IMG/VR virus record: IMGVR_UViG_3300042868_003415
Location: 1 to 32,041 of that record
Origin: a virus
Taxonomy: Duplodnaviria; Caudoviricetes
Strand: one strand, 5' to 3'
Length of the DNA: 32,041 nt
Position 1 is the stretch's first letter. The number at the start of each line of letters is the position of its first letter. The position numbers were made by a program, and so were the translations under genes. Positions 16,319 to 24,886 of this stretch are shown piece by piece. The notes beneath the pieces were generated by a model. It saw only the letters and a program-made list of their open reading frames with translations, did no database searches and was not told where the DNA came from.

Positions 16319-17280
16319 GGCAGGATCTCTTGGAGGATTACTTGGGAGGTGGCGCGGGTAGCGTAAGCTAAATTTCCGTCAGCGCTGGTTCTGTTTAGGA
16401 AAAACCCAGTGGTTGAAGCTAATGTGATTTGAGTGCTGCCATAAATCTTTAGTTTATATGTTACGGATGCAGCAGCTCCTGGTGAATCTAAAAACTGGAT
16501 GCAATCAAACACCTGTTGGTAGTCGTAAAAGCTCATGCCGACAGGTTTAATTCCGTAAACCTGAAGGGCTTGAGGACTTGTAGGTATTGCAAGTTCTGTT
16601 TCAACGCTTGCAACAGTGCGTGTTAATATGAATGCGTATTTTGTAGAGTTTGCTCCAAGAGCGGAAAGCGCATACGATATATTAAACGTAACAAGCACCT
16701 TTGACGTAGCTGTCTGAGTGGTTATTGACGTTGTAAGTGGGGTGATTTCCTGAGGAGTAGCCCTTGTGGTTGGAACACCATAACCAGATTGTGCAAGTAC
16801 AGTTGTTGAAGCAACCGCCGGCCTCAACGCATTCAGCGTACTCCCAGTCGTAGTAAGGTTAGATCCAACGCTTAGGTTGGTCTCAATGTTTCCGACTGCC
16901 GTGGTAAATCTTCCCAGTATCTTTGGGGTGGTTCCATCAATTTGCAGCAGCTTATCGGCAGTGATCGTGTTAGTGGCTATTTTAGCCGCAGTAACAGCCC
17001 CATCCTTAATATTGACGGTCGTTGCCGTCAGCACTAAGTCGGTCGTCGTAAGCGCTACCGGGCTTGCACCTGTTCCTAACCCGTTGCCAACTATTGTCTG
17101 ATCGTTCTGAGCGAATAACGAAGGAAGTGGTACAGACTGAGATCCGAGCGTTATCGACCCACCATCTACCGTACCGGTGACGTCGACACTGGGCGTGCCT
17201 AGCAGGTTGAGAGTGGACGCATCCAGCGTGGTGGAGCTGGTGACGGTGGTTCCTGGCGTGACGGTTACAAAGAGTGGCAT
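16315..17280 (-). CDS. Short tail fibre/spike protein, 321 aa
   Basis: IKDGAVTAAKIATNTITADKL trimer repeat; C-terminal beta-sandwich (TSKVLVTFNIS...FLDSPG..SVTYKL...LQEI). Confidence 0.8.
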   Translation of the reverse strand: MPLFVTVTPGTTVTSSTTLDASTLNLLGTPSVDVTGTVDGGSITLGSQSVPLPSLFAQNDQTIVGNGLGTGASPVALTTTDLVLTATTVNIKDGAVTAAKIATNTITADKLLQIDGTTPKILGRFTTAVGNIETNLSVGSNLTTTGSTLNALRPAVASTTVLAQSGYGVPTTRATPQEITPLTTSITTQTATSKVLVTFNISYALSALGANSTKYAFILTRTVASVETELAIPTSPQALQVYGIKPVGMSFYDYQQVFDCIQFLDSPGAAASVTYKLKIYGSTQITLASTTGFFLNRTSADGNLAYATRATSQVILQEILP

Positions 17281-17283
17281 AGG

Positions 17284-20200
17284 TTAGACGTCGGTTTTGC
17301 CGTAGAGTCGGAAAGGGATTGCGATGGATTTGACGCTGTAGATATTCAACGCACCGGTGGTAGTGGTAACCACAGGCTGCATGGTAATGGAGTGGCGGCG
17401 CAAGCGAGCCTTCTGCGAGAACGATTGTACAAGCCCCGCTTGGAATCCGGCAGTGTTACATCGAATACCCGGCAATGTAGAGTAATCCTCGCGATATGGG
17501 TCGAGGAAGTTGTTCCCGGAGTTGTTGGTGACGTAGGTTCCGCTGCCATAGATGTAGTAGGCCGTGCGGCTCTTGGTCTCGTTAGTGGCAATCGGGTAGG
17601 ACTCATTCACACCATCAAAGTTGGCAGTGATTGAATAAGTCGGATTCCATGAGGCAAACTCAAACTGCAGGTTGGTCCACTGCTTGTGTTCGACGCTGTT
17701 GTTTGTTGGGCTGCCTTGAGAATAGGGGTTTTTGTCACCGCTATGGCCCCGGAAGGAGACCGAGGTGGCGATCTGTTGGATCGTGCCTACACGATTGCGA
17801 TCCTGCAGCGCCTGATAGTCGAAGTTGTGGATAAACCCGCTGTTGTCAGCCCAGCAGAGCGTGTCGGTGCCAGCGACCACCAGCCGAGTGTAATACCGTG
17901 GAACAAGCAGCAAGCCTTCCCAGTATCCTTCCCACGCTTGGTTGAGGAAGTTGTAGACTAGGGTGCGTTGGTTTGTCCCGTCGCCACCTTCCACCGGGAC
18001 GCTCAGGATGTACCGGTTGTTGAAATAGGCCCCACATGACTTTTCCCAGTTGGCTTGGTCGATCTCTTCAATGACATCCTGAATCGGATCCGACAGCGGC
18101 AGCACCACCGACTGGCTGATGCCAAACTCGGTCTGCTTGAGGCTGATTACACCGCGCTGACTAAGGAAGACAATGTCTGACCCGGTAGACGCAATAGACG
18201 CCTGGCTGATGCATCCAAACTCCCTGGTAACCTCAGTGAGCCGGGTAGTCGACAGGTCGCCGTAGAGGTTCTCTACAGCCAAGATAGACCGTTCCTTGAA
18301 GACTATCAGCGTGGTCGTGTTGAACGGGTACAGGGCCACCACAGCGTCATTGGCACCGGTGTTGAGCTTAAACTCATTCAGGATCGGGCTGTAGTGCAGC
18401 GGATCCAGCACGTCGGACACTGCCAGGTAGTCGGGACCGTAGAGAAGCAGCAGGCGGTTCTGGAAGTACAGGCCCTCACGGCCAGCAGGGACGTTGGCAC
18501 CGGAGGCAGAGGACTTCTTGATCGTGCCAGTAATAGTGTCGGACGTGATCTCCGTAAGAGTCGACGGTTTGGGTACGGTCACAACCACTGACGTAGCGGT
18601 ATGCCCCGGGTTGGTGATAGTGACCGCGGTGACCTTGCCGTCAGTGATGGTAGTGGTTGCGGTTGCACCTGTTACGCCAGTTATTACCGGGACTGGTGCG
18701 GTCACGTAACCAGCGCCCTGATTGACGATGGTCAAGGCAGTTACACCAGGGCCAGCAGGAGCAACAACTGTTACCGTTGGAGGCGTAGTGTACCCTGATC
18801 CAGGTGTTGTCACGGTAAACCCGGTGACTTTACCGCCAGAGACGGTTGCTGTAGCCACAGCACCGCTTCCACCGCCGCCTGAAAATGAAACACCTGGAGC
18901 AGTGGCGTAACCAGCACCACCGATTCCCAGAGTGATTGAGCCAACCGTTGCCCCTGAAAGCACTGCTGTCCCAGTGGCAGTAACTGCGCTGGCTGTTGCG
19001 GTTATGTTAGCGACTGCCGCCGTGTTGAGAGAATCAAGCTCCTCGGAAGATCCGCTAAACAACTTTAGCGAGTTCTTGTCAGTAGGGAATACGTAGTAGA
19101 TTCCGTTCGAAACACCTGCAGATACATTACTGATGGTCACCTGATCACCGGCAACAAACGGATGGTTCGGGACCGTGATCGTGTCGTCCGTAATTGATGA
19201 CGCTACGATAGCATTGACCGATGCAATCCGGTTGAAACCGTTATCCAGCGCCGATATAGGCACGCCAGCATTGTAGGAGGCCTCCATTATCAACGGTAAG
19301 CCGTCGTTGTAGAAGTCGCTGACGCCCTGCGTTACGTCGTACCCGGTGGTGTTGTTTGACAGCTCAAAGTAGTACCGGTTGGCACTAGTGAGACCGGACG
19401 TAAGTTCAACCGGAGATGATCCGGTTTGAGCGGCTCCTTGAGCTAGGTGCAACGTGCAGACTCCTCCGCCCTTCACGTTTACGAACATCGCGAAGCCTTG
19501 TCCGGCTGTGGTCGATGCTACTTTCCACAGGTTTGGAGCCACACCAACCTGAACAACCTCAATCCGATCACCGGACTCCATGTCAGGTGGGACGTTTAGA
19601 GTCACCGTACTGTTGGCCACATTGACATCAGCGCCGGTGAAGTAATACCGGGCATTGCCAGGCCTCAACATCACCACCGCATTGGTCGCCTGCATCAAAC
19701 GCACCGGGCTGTAGATGTCGTGCCCGTTTAGCGGTATCTCCAGGTCCGACTGGTTGGGTCGTACCAGATACATCCGGCCCTGACCGCCATCTTCTGTTGC
19801 CAATGTACGGGCCTCGTTGGTGGCTACAACTAGGGCTTGGTAGCCGGTGTCAGGATCGCGGAAAGGCAGCACACCGAGGATGTCGGTGAATGCATTAGTT
19901 CCAGAATAGAACTGGATGTTGCTGTTAATCGGAGCAGTTGCAAAAGAGATGGCCGCCGAGGACATCACGCAGTTGGTGTTGTCATCAAACAAGCAGCGCG
20001 TGCCATTAGGAAACACCAACGAGTTTGCGCTAGAGTCCGAGCAGATTATCGTGTTGTTGGGGATCTGTGTTCCGCTGACGACAATCGTTGTCTGTGAGTT
20101 TGAGGTTACCGTGACATTGCGCGTGGAGGTGCTCCATTTACCGCCCCACTTGGGCTGCACAATGCCCCACCTGTTCGTGATGAGCTGATTCTGGAAGATT

Positions 20201-20310
20201 CGGTTGATCGCCTGGCTGACGTACTGCGCCGGCACCTGGGCAGGATCTAAGCGCGAGATGACTCCCTTGAAGCCATCGTCGACCGACATTATCTCGGGTA
20301 AGTCGGGCAT
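17284..20310 (-). CDS. Tail nozzle / tubular protein B (P22 gp10 / T7 gp12-like) with inserted domains, ~1008 aa
   Basis: Beta-propeller-like motifs (YFQNRLL, LIVFKERSI, FGCISQASI, IVFLSQRGV, LVYNFLNQAWEG); follows the adaptor gene. Start at TAA-T-ATG 20310. Confidence 0.85.
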   Translation of the reverse strand: MPDLPEIMSVDDGFKGVISRLDPAQVPAQYVSQAINRIFQNQLITNRWGIVQPKWGGKWSTSTRNVTVTSNSQTTIVVSGTQIPNNTIICSDSSANSLVFPNGTRCLFDDNTNCVMSSAAISFATAPINSNIQFYSGTNAFTDILGVLPFRDPDTGYQALVVATNEARTLATEDGGQGRMYLVRPNQSDLEIPLNGHDIYSPVRLMQATNAVVMLRPGNARYYFTGADVNVANSTVTLNVPPDMESGDRIEVVQVGVAPNLWKVASTTAGQGFAMFVNVKGGGVCTLHLAQGAAQTGSSPVELTSGLTSANRYYFELSNNTTGYDVTQGVSDFYNDGLPLIMEASYNAGVPISALDNGFNRIASVNAIVASSITDDTITVPNHPFVAGDQVTISNVSAGVSNGIYYVFPTDKNSLKLFSGSSEELDSLNTAAVANITATASAVTATGTAVLSGATVGSITLGIGGAGYATAPGVSFSGGGGSGAVATATVSGGKVTGFTVTTPGSGYTTPPTVTVVAPAGPGVTALTIVNQGAGYVTAPVPVITGVTGATATTTITDGKVTAVTITNPGHTATSVVVTVPKPSTLTEITSDTITGTIKKSSASGANVPAGREGLYFQNRLLLLYGPDYLAVSDVLDPLHYSPILNEFKLNTGANDAVVALYPFNTTTLIVFKERSILAVENLYGDLSTTRLTEVTREFGCISQASIASTGSDIVFLSQRGVISLKQTEFGISQSVVLPLSDPIQDVIEEIDQANWEKSCGAYFNNRYILSVPVEGGDGTNQRTLVYNFLNQAWEGYWEGLLLVPRYYTRLVVAGTDTLCWADNSGFIHNFDYQALQDRNRVGTIQQIATSVSFRGHSGDKNPYSQGSPTNNSVEHKQWTNLQFEFASWNPTYSITANFDGVNESYPIATNETKSRTAYYIYGSGTYVTNNSGNNFLDPYREDYSTLPGIRCNTAGFQAGLVQSFSQKARLRRHSITMQPVVTTTTGALNIYSVKSIAIPFRLYGKTDV

Positions 20311-20311
20311 A

Positions 20312-21235
20312 TTAGCGACCTGGGACAATTATCTGGCGCACATACTTCTCTTGAAGAGCTACCTTGTCGATCTCCTTGGTCAGCTCGACTTCACCAAGCT
20401 CAAGGAAGGTGTTCCCGAGGTCGACCTTGCCATCTACCCGGAGCATCTGGCCGGCTGCCTTGAGACTGCACACCTCGCAGAACCTGTATGGGAAAGCATA
20501 GGCGGTCGCCTCACCAGCGGTCGACAGCAGGGGAGGGCTCTTACGAAACTCAATCCAGACAAACGGGAGCTGCTCACCCACCAGGATGCCATCGTCGGTG
20601 AGCGTGTAGGCTGGCTCCTGCTGCCTCCAGGTGATCCGAGGATCGGCAGGCCATACCGAGAAGGTCTCGCCGATCTGAACAGCCCGGGTAGTCCCATCTG
20701 GGTTGGTCTGCTGGTTGACGTATCGAAGGAACTTGTTCAGTTGTCCCCAGAAGGAAGCGTTGGTGGGAACAGTTCCGGCGGAAGCAGTCGCAAAGAGCTG
20801 GTAGTATTCCTGGTCCTCGGGATACAGGACGATGTCGCCGATGTTGTAGACGGTCGTCGTGTCCCAGGTCGCAGTGCTGCCGTAGCTCGGCTGTGCCATC
20901 CCCCAGTATTGGGAGTTCAGTGTACCTCCAGGTCCGTTGAGAGTCGGAGGGTTGTTGGAGTTGATGGCCCCAACGTACTGGTAGTATTTCTGCTCGGTGG
21001 GGTAGTAGACCACCATGCCACCGGAGTAGACCTGCGCCGCGCTGTAGTTGGCCGCAAAAAACTCCTGTTGATACACGGTCTGCTCGGGCCAGTTGAAACA
21101 CTCCCAAGCGCTCCTCAGTGACATGGAGATGAACGTGCGGAAGAGATTGGACTCCTCGGTCGTTAGCGATGAGAAAACGCGCCCAGTGAGCTCACAGGCA
21201 CGTTGCAGGACATAGTCGTAGGTGACGGTTCTCAT
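20312..21235 (-). CDS. Head-tail adaptor / tubular protein A with two CBM5/12-like inserts, 307 aa
   Basis: Helical termini with AWECFNWP. Inserts YSAAQVYSGGMVVYY...YYQ and WDTTTVYNIGDIVLY...YYQ. Confidence 0.75.
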   Translation of the reverse strand: MRTVTYDYVLQRACELTGRVFSSLTTEESNLFRTFISMSLRSAWECFNWPEQTVYQQEFFAANYSAAQVYSGGMVVYYPTEQKYYQYVGAINSNNPPTLNGPGGTLNSQYWGMAQPSYGSTATWDTTTVYNIGDIVLYPEDQEYYQLFATASAGTVPTNASFWGQLNKFLRYVNQQTNPDGTTRAVQIGETFSVWPADPRITWRQQEPAYTLTDDGILVGEQLPFVWIEFRKSPPLLSTAGEATAYAFPYRFCEVCSLKAAGQMLRVDGKVDLGNTFLELGEVELTKEIDKVALQEKYVRQIIVPGR

Positions 21236-21238
21236 TGG

Positions 21239-21487
21239 TTACTTCCAGGATTTGCAGGCCCAGTACTTGGCGGAGAGTTTGGTGCCGGGGTTGTCGCAGC
21301 CGTGACGGGCGTTGAAGCTCTTCTTGTTATCCGGGATGTGCTTCTTGATGGTCATGCCCGGGTCGCCGAAACGCACCAGGGCAACCTTGCCGTTTTCCTT
21401 AGCGAGCACCGCGGACTTCTTGCTTTCGCCGGGGGTGGCCTTGGGCTTGTTATAGCCCGAGAACTTGTTTCCCTTGTAGTTGATCAT
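21239..21487 (-). CDS. Conserved basic phage protein, 82 aa (VRFGDP...SFNARHGC...SAKYWACKSW)
   Basis: Familiar FG..ARH.C..YW.C..W pattern of unknown function; ATGA-coupled start at 21487. Confidence 0.85.
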   Translation of the reverse strand: MINYKGNKFSGYNKPKATPGESKKSAVLAKENGKVALVRFGDPGMTIKKHIPDNKKSFNARHGCDNPGTKLSAKYWACKSWK

Positions 21488-21717
21488 TGGCTCTTCGGTA
21501 AAACATACCAACCTGCCGGCAGAGTGACGGTGGATGGCCCGACCAGCTTCTTATCGGCATCGAAAGCATAGACGCTGGCCGTTGTAGGCTTGGCCAGCAT
21601 TACCGGATCACCGCTTGGAACCAGGACCACCCTGGTCATCTGGCAACCCAGGCAGATCGGCAACACGAGCAGCCAGATCATCCTTGAGGGGTTGAGGCGC
21701 TTGGCCGTGTTGAACAT
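21484..21717 (-). CDS. Lipoprotein, putative o-spanin
   Basis: Basic n-region, hydrophobic IWLLVLPI and lipobox-like CLGC; starts within the upstream ORF in another frame. Confidence 0.65.
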   Translation of the reverse strand: MFNTAKRLNPSRMIWLLVLPICLGCQMTRVVLVPSGDPVMLAKPTTASVYAFDADKKLVGPSTVTLPAGWYVLPKSQ

Positions 21718-21781
21718 CGGTAGGTGGTGTTTCTCGGATCCAGTCGAGCAGAGCCTTGAGGATCTGGTAGACCCAATTCAC
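21608..21781 (-). CDS. 57-aa protein, putative i-spanin-like partner (MNWVYQILKALLDWIRETPP...)
   Basis: Hand-translated from a GTGA overlap. Amphipathic N-terminal helix; overlaps the lipoprotein gene by 110 nt. Confidence 0.55.
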   Translation of the reverse strand: MNWVYQILKALLDWIRETPPTDVQHGQAPQPLKDDLAARVADLPGLPDDQGGPGSKR

Positions 21782-21978
21782 GGTTTAGTTTCGATCACCA
21801 GAGGCTTCTCGGTGGCATCCTTAGCCAGGATGAGGCCGATACCAGCGGTCACCGCGGCGATGGTCGAAGCGATGTCGATGTTGGTGCTTGCGTCACCGTC
21901 GAAGGCAGCCCGAAGGGCACCACCAACAGCGACGAGGATTGCACCAACACCAGCGAGAGTTGTTTTTGTGTTTTTCAT
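21778..21978 (-). CDS. Holin-like membrane protein, 66 aa
   Basis: Two hydrophobic segments, KTTLAG...GLILAKD pattern. Confidence 0.7.
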   Translation of the reverse strand: MKNTKTTLAGVGAILVAVGGALRAAFDGDASTNIDIASTIAAVTAGIGLILAKDATEKPLVIETKP

Positions 21979-22145
21979 TTGGATTTGAACAGCCTATAGG
22001 CTCCGTAGATGGCGCACAAGAGACCAACCACAGCGGTCACCAGTCGCACCCAATCGGTTAGGATTGGCAGGAATGATGCAGCAGTCGCCCCTGCTGCTGC
22101 TGCTAGGCTGAGTCCAGGGCTGGTGCTGCTGTTCGTTGGTTCCAT
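21975..22145 (-). CDS. Holin-like membrane protein, 56 aa (not in ORF track)
   Basis: Hand-translated: MEPTNSSTSPGLSLAAAAGATAASFLPILTDWVRLVTAVVGLLCAIYGAYRLFKSK. TAATG and ATGA overlaps at its two ends. Confidence 0.75.
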   Translation of the reverse strand: MEPTNSSTSPGLSLAAAAGATAASFLPILTDWVRLVTAVVGLLCAIYGAYRLFKSK

Positions 22146-22294
22146 TACTCGGATTTAGGCTGTGCTGCGTTGAGGATGAGGTCCACAAGCGGAAGGGCTG
22201 CACGGGCGTTAGCAACGCCACCAGCCTTAACCGCGATGTCGATGAGTTGCAGGAGGCTATTGGCCTGCTCCTGCGTGAGTTCGATCTTGATCAT
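22145..22294 (-). CDS. 49-aa fibre-associated small protein (MIKIELTQEQANSLLQLIDIAVKAGG...)
   Basis: Hand-translated; ATGA and TAATG overlaps at its two ends. Confidence 0.75.
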   Translation of the reverse strand: MIKIELTQEQANSLLQLIDIAVKAGGVANARAALPLVDLILNAAQPKSE

Positions 22295-22662
22295 ACGACG
22301 GGAGCGTCAGCGATAACCACAGGCTCCGCAACCACAACCGGAGGCGGCACCGGCACCCACGGCAACGGAGGAGCAATCACAGGAGGATTGATCTGATTCT
22401 CGATCTGCATTGAGACGTTCACCTCAATAGCCGCTTGATCGACTCCGTTGGCGTAGCACCAACCAAGCACCTGTTCCTGCGTCAGATCAGGATATGGCGT
22501 GAACTCACCAGACGGCGGCTGGAACGAGCAGGAGCCGTAGCAAGTGCCGTTGTAGGTTTCGTCGGTGCCGTTGCATCGCCAATCGGCGGTGATTACGACA
22601 TTTGTTTCAGAGCCTTCGATGGGCTTAACGAGAAGGCGTTCGATGATCCAGAGGATAATCAT
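22291..22662 (-). CDS. Conserved fibre-associated protein, 123 aa
   Basis: NVV..ADWRC...FTPYPDLTQEQVLGW...INPP...PLPW pattern, typically found after S74 fibres. Confidence 0.8.
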   Translation of the reverse strand: MIILWIIERLLVKPIEGSETNVVITADWRCNGTDETYNGTCYGSCSFQPPSGEFTPYPDLTQEQVLGWCYANGVDQAAIEVNVSMQIENQINPPVIAPPLPWVPVPPPVVVAEPVVIADAPVV

Positions 22663-22665
22663 AAA

Positions 22666-23952
22666 TTAGCGGGCTTCGAGGGTTTGGACGCGGGCGGTGA
22701 GTTCCTGAATGGCTTTCACAAGCACCGGAATAAGGTCTTGGCGAACGGACTTGTAGGGAGCTTCGCCTTCGGGCGCAGCGTCCTTCCACTCGTCGATGAG
22801 GTTCGGGAACACGGTTTCAAACTCCTGAGCGATGAAGCCTCTGTCTCCCTTAATGTTCTTACCCTTACCGGCCTTCCAATCAAACTTGCGCGGCTTGAGA
22901 GCGAGAATCGCACCGAGTCCAACGTCAATATCCTGCACGTTCTCCTTAAAGCGAGCATCGGAGATGGCAGAGATGGTCGTGTTGGTGGCGAAGATGGTTC
23001 CAGCAGCATTGACATAGAACCTGTATGCAGCAGCAGTCGTATTGTAAATGTTGAGATTGTCAGCGTTAGCTGATGCACCGTTAATTACGCCGGTTGCTGT
23101 AAGCTCGCAACCGAGAGTCGTTCCGCTGGGCGCAGTCTTAGCAACTAGCAAATTACCAGTCGTATCGATTGTAGCAGCGATCATGCTGCTTCCACCCGGA
23201 TCTAAAACAAACTGGAGTTTGTTGCTATTCGCAGCGGAAGAACCAACTCTAATGCCCCAATTATTTCCGCTTGCTGCAAGATTGATTTCAGAATAAGCAG
23301 CAGCATTGACCGATTGATTCTGAACTCGGGCAATAGTTGCGGCGGACTGGTCTTTTCTTACATCCAAATTGCGATTAGGTGAATCACCAATCCCCAACCC
23401 CGTAGAGTTGAGGGTCATGGCGGTGGTGCCAGCTACGGACCAAGTGGCAGTACCATCGGAAGCGATAGTATATTTATTAGAATAACTAGAGCCGGAAGTC
23501 TGAATTGCAAAAGTTCCGCTGGTAACTCCAAGATATGCTAATCCAGAACCAGAACCGTCTTCTAGTCCAATAAATGCACCGTTTGATCCTGTTCGCTTAA
23601 AAACAGCGAGGGTTCCTGAGGTTGAAGTAACGTCAAACGGATTTACGGGACTCGCCGTACCAATACCCACCCGATTGTTCGTCGAATCAACCTTCAGCGT
23701 ACTCGTGTCCACCGTCAGATCGCCGGTAATGGTGGCGGAGGCGAGGGTAGAAGCTCCAGTCACACCCAGCGTCGTACCCACCGTAGCCGCGCCGGTGATG
23801 GTGGCGGAGGCGAGGGTGGCGGGGCCGCCGGAGCCTAGGATCTGGTTGGGGGTGATTTTATACGTTGTTCCACCTTGAACCACGGGCAACACATCGGTTG
23901 CCGGGACAACGGTGACTATTGAACCAAGTTGTGAAATCTTAAGGTCTGCCAT
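22666..23952 (-). CDS. Fibre protein with C-terminal peptidase S74 intramolecular chaperone, 428 aa
   Basis: MADLKISQL N-terminus, RVGIGTASP repeats, SDARFKENV cleavage motif, GFIAQE, and terminal coiled coil LVKAIQELTARVQTLE. Confidence 0.92.
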   Translation of the reverse strand: MADLKISQLGSIVTVVPATDVLPVVQGGTTYKITPNQILGSGGPATLASATITGAATVGTTLGVTGASTLASATITGDLTVDTSTLKVDSTNNRVGIGTASPVNPFDVTSTSGTLAVFKRTGSNGAFIGLEDGSGSGLAYLGVTSGTFAIQTSGSSYSNKYTIASDGTATWSVAGTTAMTLNSTGLGIGDSPNRNLDVRKDQSAATIARVQNQSVNAAAYSEINLAASGNNWGIRVGSSAANSNKLQFVLDPGGSSMIAATIDTTGNLLVAKTAPSGTTLGCELTATGVINGASANADNLNIYNTTAAAYRFYVNAAGTIFATNTTISAISDARFKENVQDIDVGLGAILALKPRKFDWKAGKGKNIKGDRGFIAQEFETVFPNLIDEWKDAAPEGEAPYKSVRQDLIPVLVKAIQELTARVQTLEAR

Positions 23953-23953
23953 A

Positions 23954-24193
23954 TTAGTAAATTGCTAAAACGAGTTTACCGAGATCCTCCTGCACCAAAA
24001 ACTCACCGCTTTCAGCCAGGAGAGAATCGAATGTTCCAAAAGTGATGACCAGGTGACCGCCGTCTTCTTGCACCAGGTAGTCGCCGTTCTCGCAAAGGAT
24101 GTCGCGCCGCTCGATGGGAGGATCAGGCGGAACTCCACCAGCGCCAATGCGCCGGTAGGATCCTAGTCCTAGTCCTAGTCCAAGGCGTGCCAT
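23954..24193 (-). CDS. Putative head-spike anchor/adaptor, 79 aa
   Basis: N-terminal MARLGLGLGLG and two LxxExG[DE]xLVQE motifs. Confidence 0.65.
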   Translation of the reverse strand: MARLGLGLGLGSYRRIGAGGVPPDPPIERRDILCENGDYLVQEDGGHLVITFGTFDSLLAESGEFLVQEDLGKLVLAIY

Positions 24194-24195
24194 TA

Positions 24196-24450
24196 TCAGC
24201 CGTACTTACGGTTGTAGGCCACCACAGAGCCGCTTGAAATCGCAATTGAGGTCCACACACCCGGAAGCTCATCGCCAGCCTGTATCGTCACGCCAGCGGG
24301 AAAGTTGGTGATGTTGGACACGGTAGCGCCGAGGATGGTGATCTCAAGCGCGTGGATGGACTGGAAGTTACCGGTCACAGTGCCGGATGCACTGGAGATG
24401 TACTTGCCACCGTATTCGCCGGCGAGCTGACGATTAGATCCAACATTCAT
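24196..24450 (-). CDS. Putative head-spike base / capsid decoration protein, 84 aa
   Basis: Small beta-rich protein (VTIQAGDELPGVWTSIAISSGSVVAY) shortly after the capsid gene and before a GLGLGL protein, as recalled for RcGTA Rcc01079/Rcc01080. Confidence 0.6.
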   Translation of the reverse strand: MNVGSNRQLAGEYGGKYISSASGTVTGNFQSIHALEITILGATVSNITNFPAGVTIQAGDELPGVWTSIAISSGSVVAYNRKYG

Positions 24451-24824
24451 AATGGAAATTTCTGACTGCTTCTTTTGGCTCCTTCAAACCCAACTTGCAA
24501 GCGAGTACCTCCCGATTTTACACGCACCTCGGGATTGTCGCGCTCGACCTCTCGCAGGAACTGGCCATCCCTCCAGCAATCGTACCCGAGGCGAGTGCCC
24601 CAGGCGTGGTAGAGGGTTGGGTCAATACGCATCCGCAATCGTCCGATGCCATCAATAGACCGTATGTCTCGTTGAGAATCCTTGGCGATGCGCTTCTGGT
24701 CTATTCCAGCCTTCACCCAGTCCTTCTGGATGCCTTTCTGGAACTCTTTGATGACTGCAATGCGGAGTTCTCCGGGAAGATCGTCCAGAGCGTTTGCGAT
24801 GACTGAAGATGCGGTTGGTTTCAT
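24447..24824 (-). CDS. Conserved hypothetical protein after major capsid, 125 aa
   Basis: G.L.MRID...Y..W...GYDCWRD..FLR...RDNPE pattern. Start moved to ATG 24824, downstream of the terminator. Confidence 0.8.
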   Translation of the reverse strand: MKPTASSVIANALDDLPGELRIAVIKEFQKGIQKDWVKAGIDQKRIAKDSQRDIRSIDGIGRLRMRIDPTLYHAWGTRLGYDCWRDGQFLREVERDNPEVRVKSGGTRLQVGFEGAKRSSQKFPL

Positions 24825-24827
24825 TCT

Positions 24828-24870
24828 AAAAAAGAAGGGAGGCCCCCGGAAATTTCCAGTAGCCTCCCCC
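24828..24870 (-). terminator. Rho-independent terminator after major capsid gene
   Basis: GGGAGGC-TACTGGAAATTTCCGGGG-GCCTCCC followed by TTCTTTTTT. Confidence 0.85.
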
Positions 24871-24886
24871 AATTTGCAACCAAAGA

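Noticed and set aside
20204-21121. 305-aa plus-strand ORF (and similar ones such as 10743-11417, 22435-23073)
   Set aside because: Antisense to clear structural genes in a GC-rich genome; no recognisable motifs.
23721-23817. 28-bp near-perfect direct repeat in the S74 fibre gene as DGR TR/VR or CRISPR
   Set aside because: In-frame duplication encoding TLASATITG twice. No reverse transcriptase, no spacer array, single mismatch.
24161-24182. (CCTAGT)3 tandem repeat as a phase-variable microsatellite
   Set aside because: In-frame hexamer encoding the GLGLGL anchor; a unit change would not shift frame.
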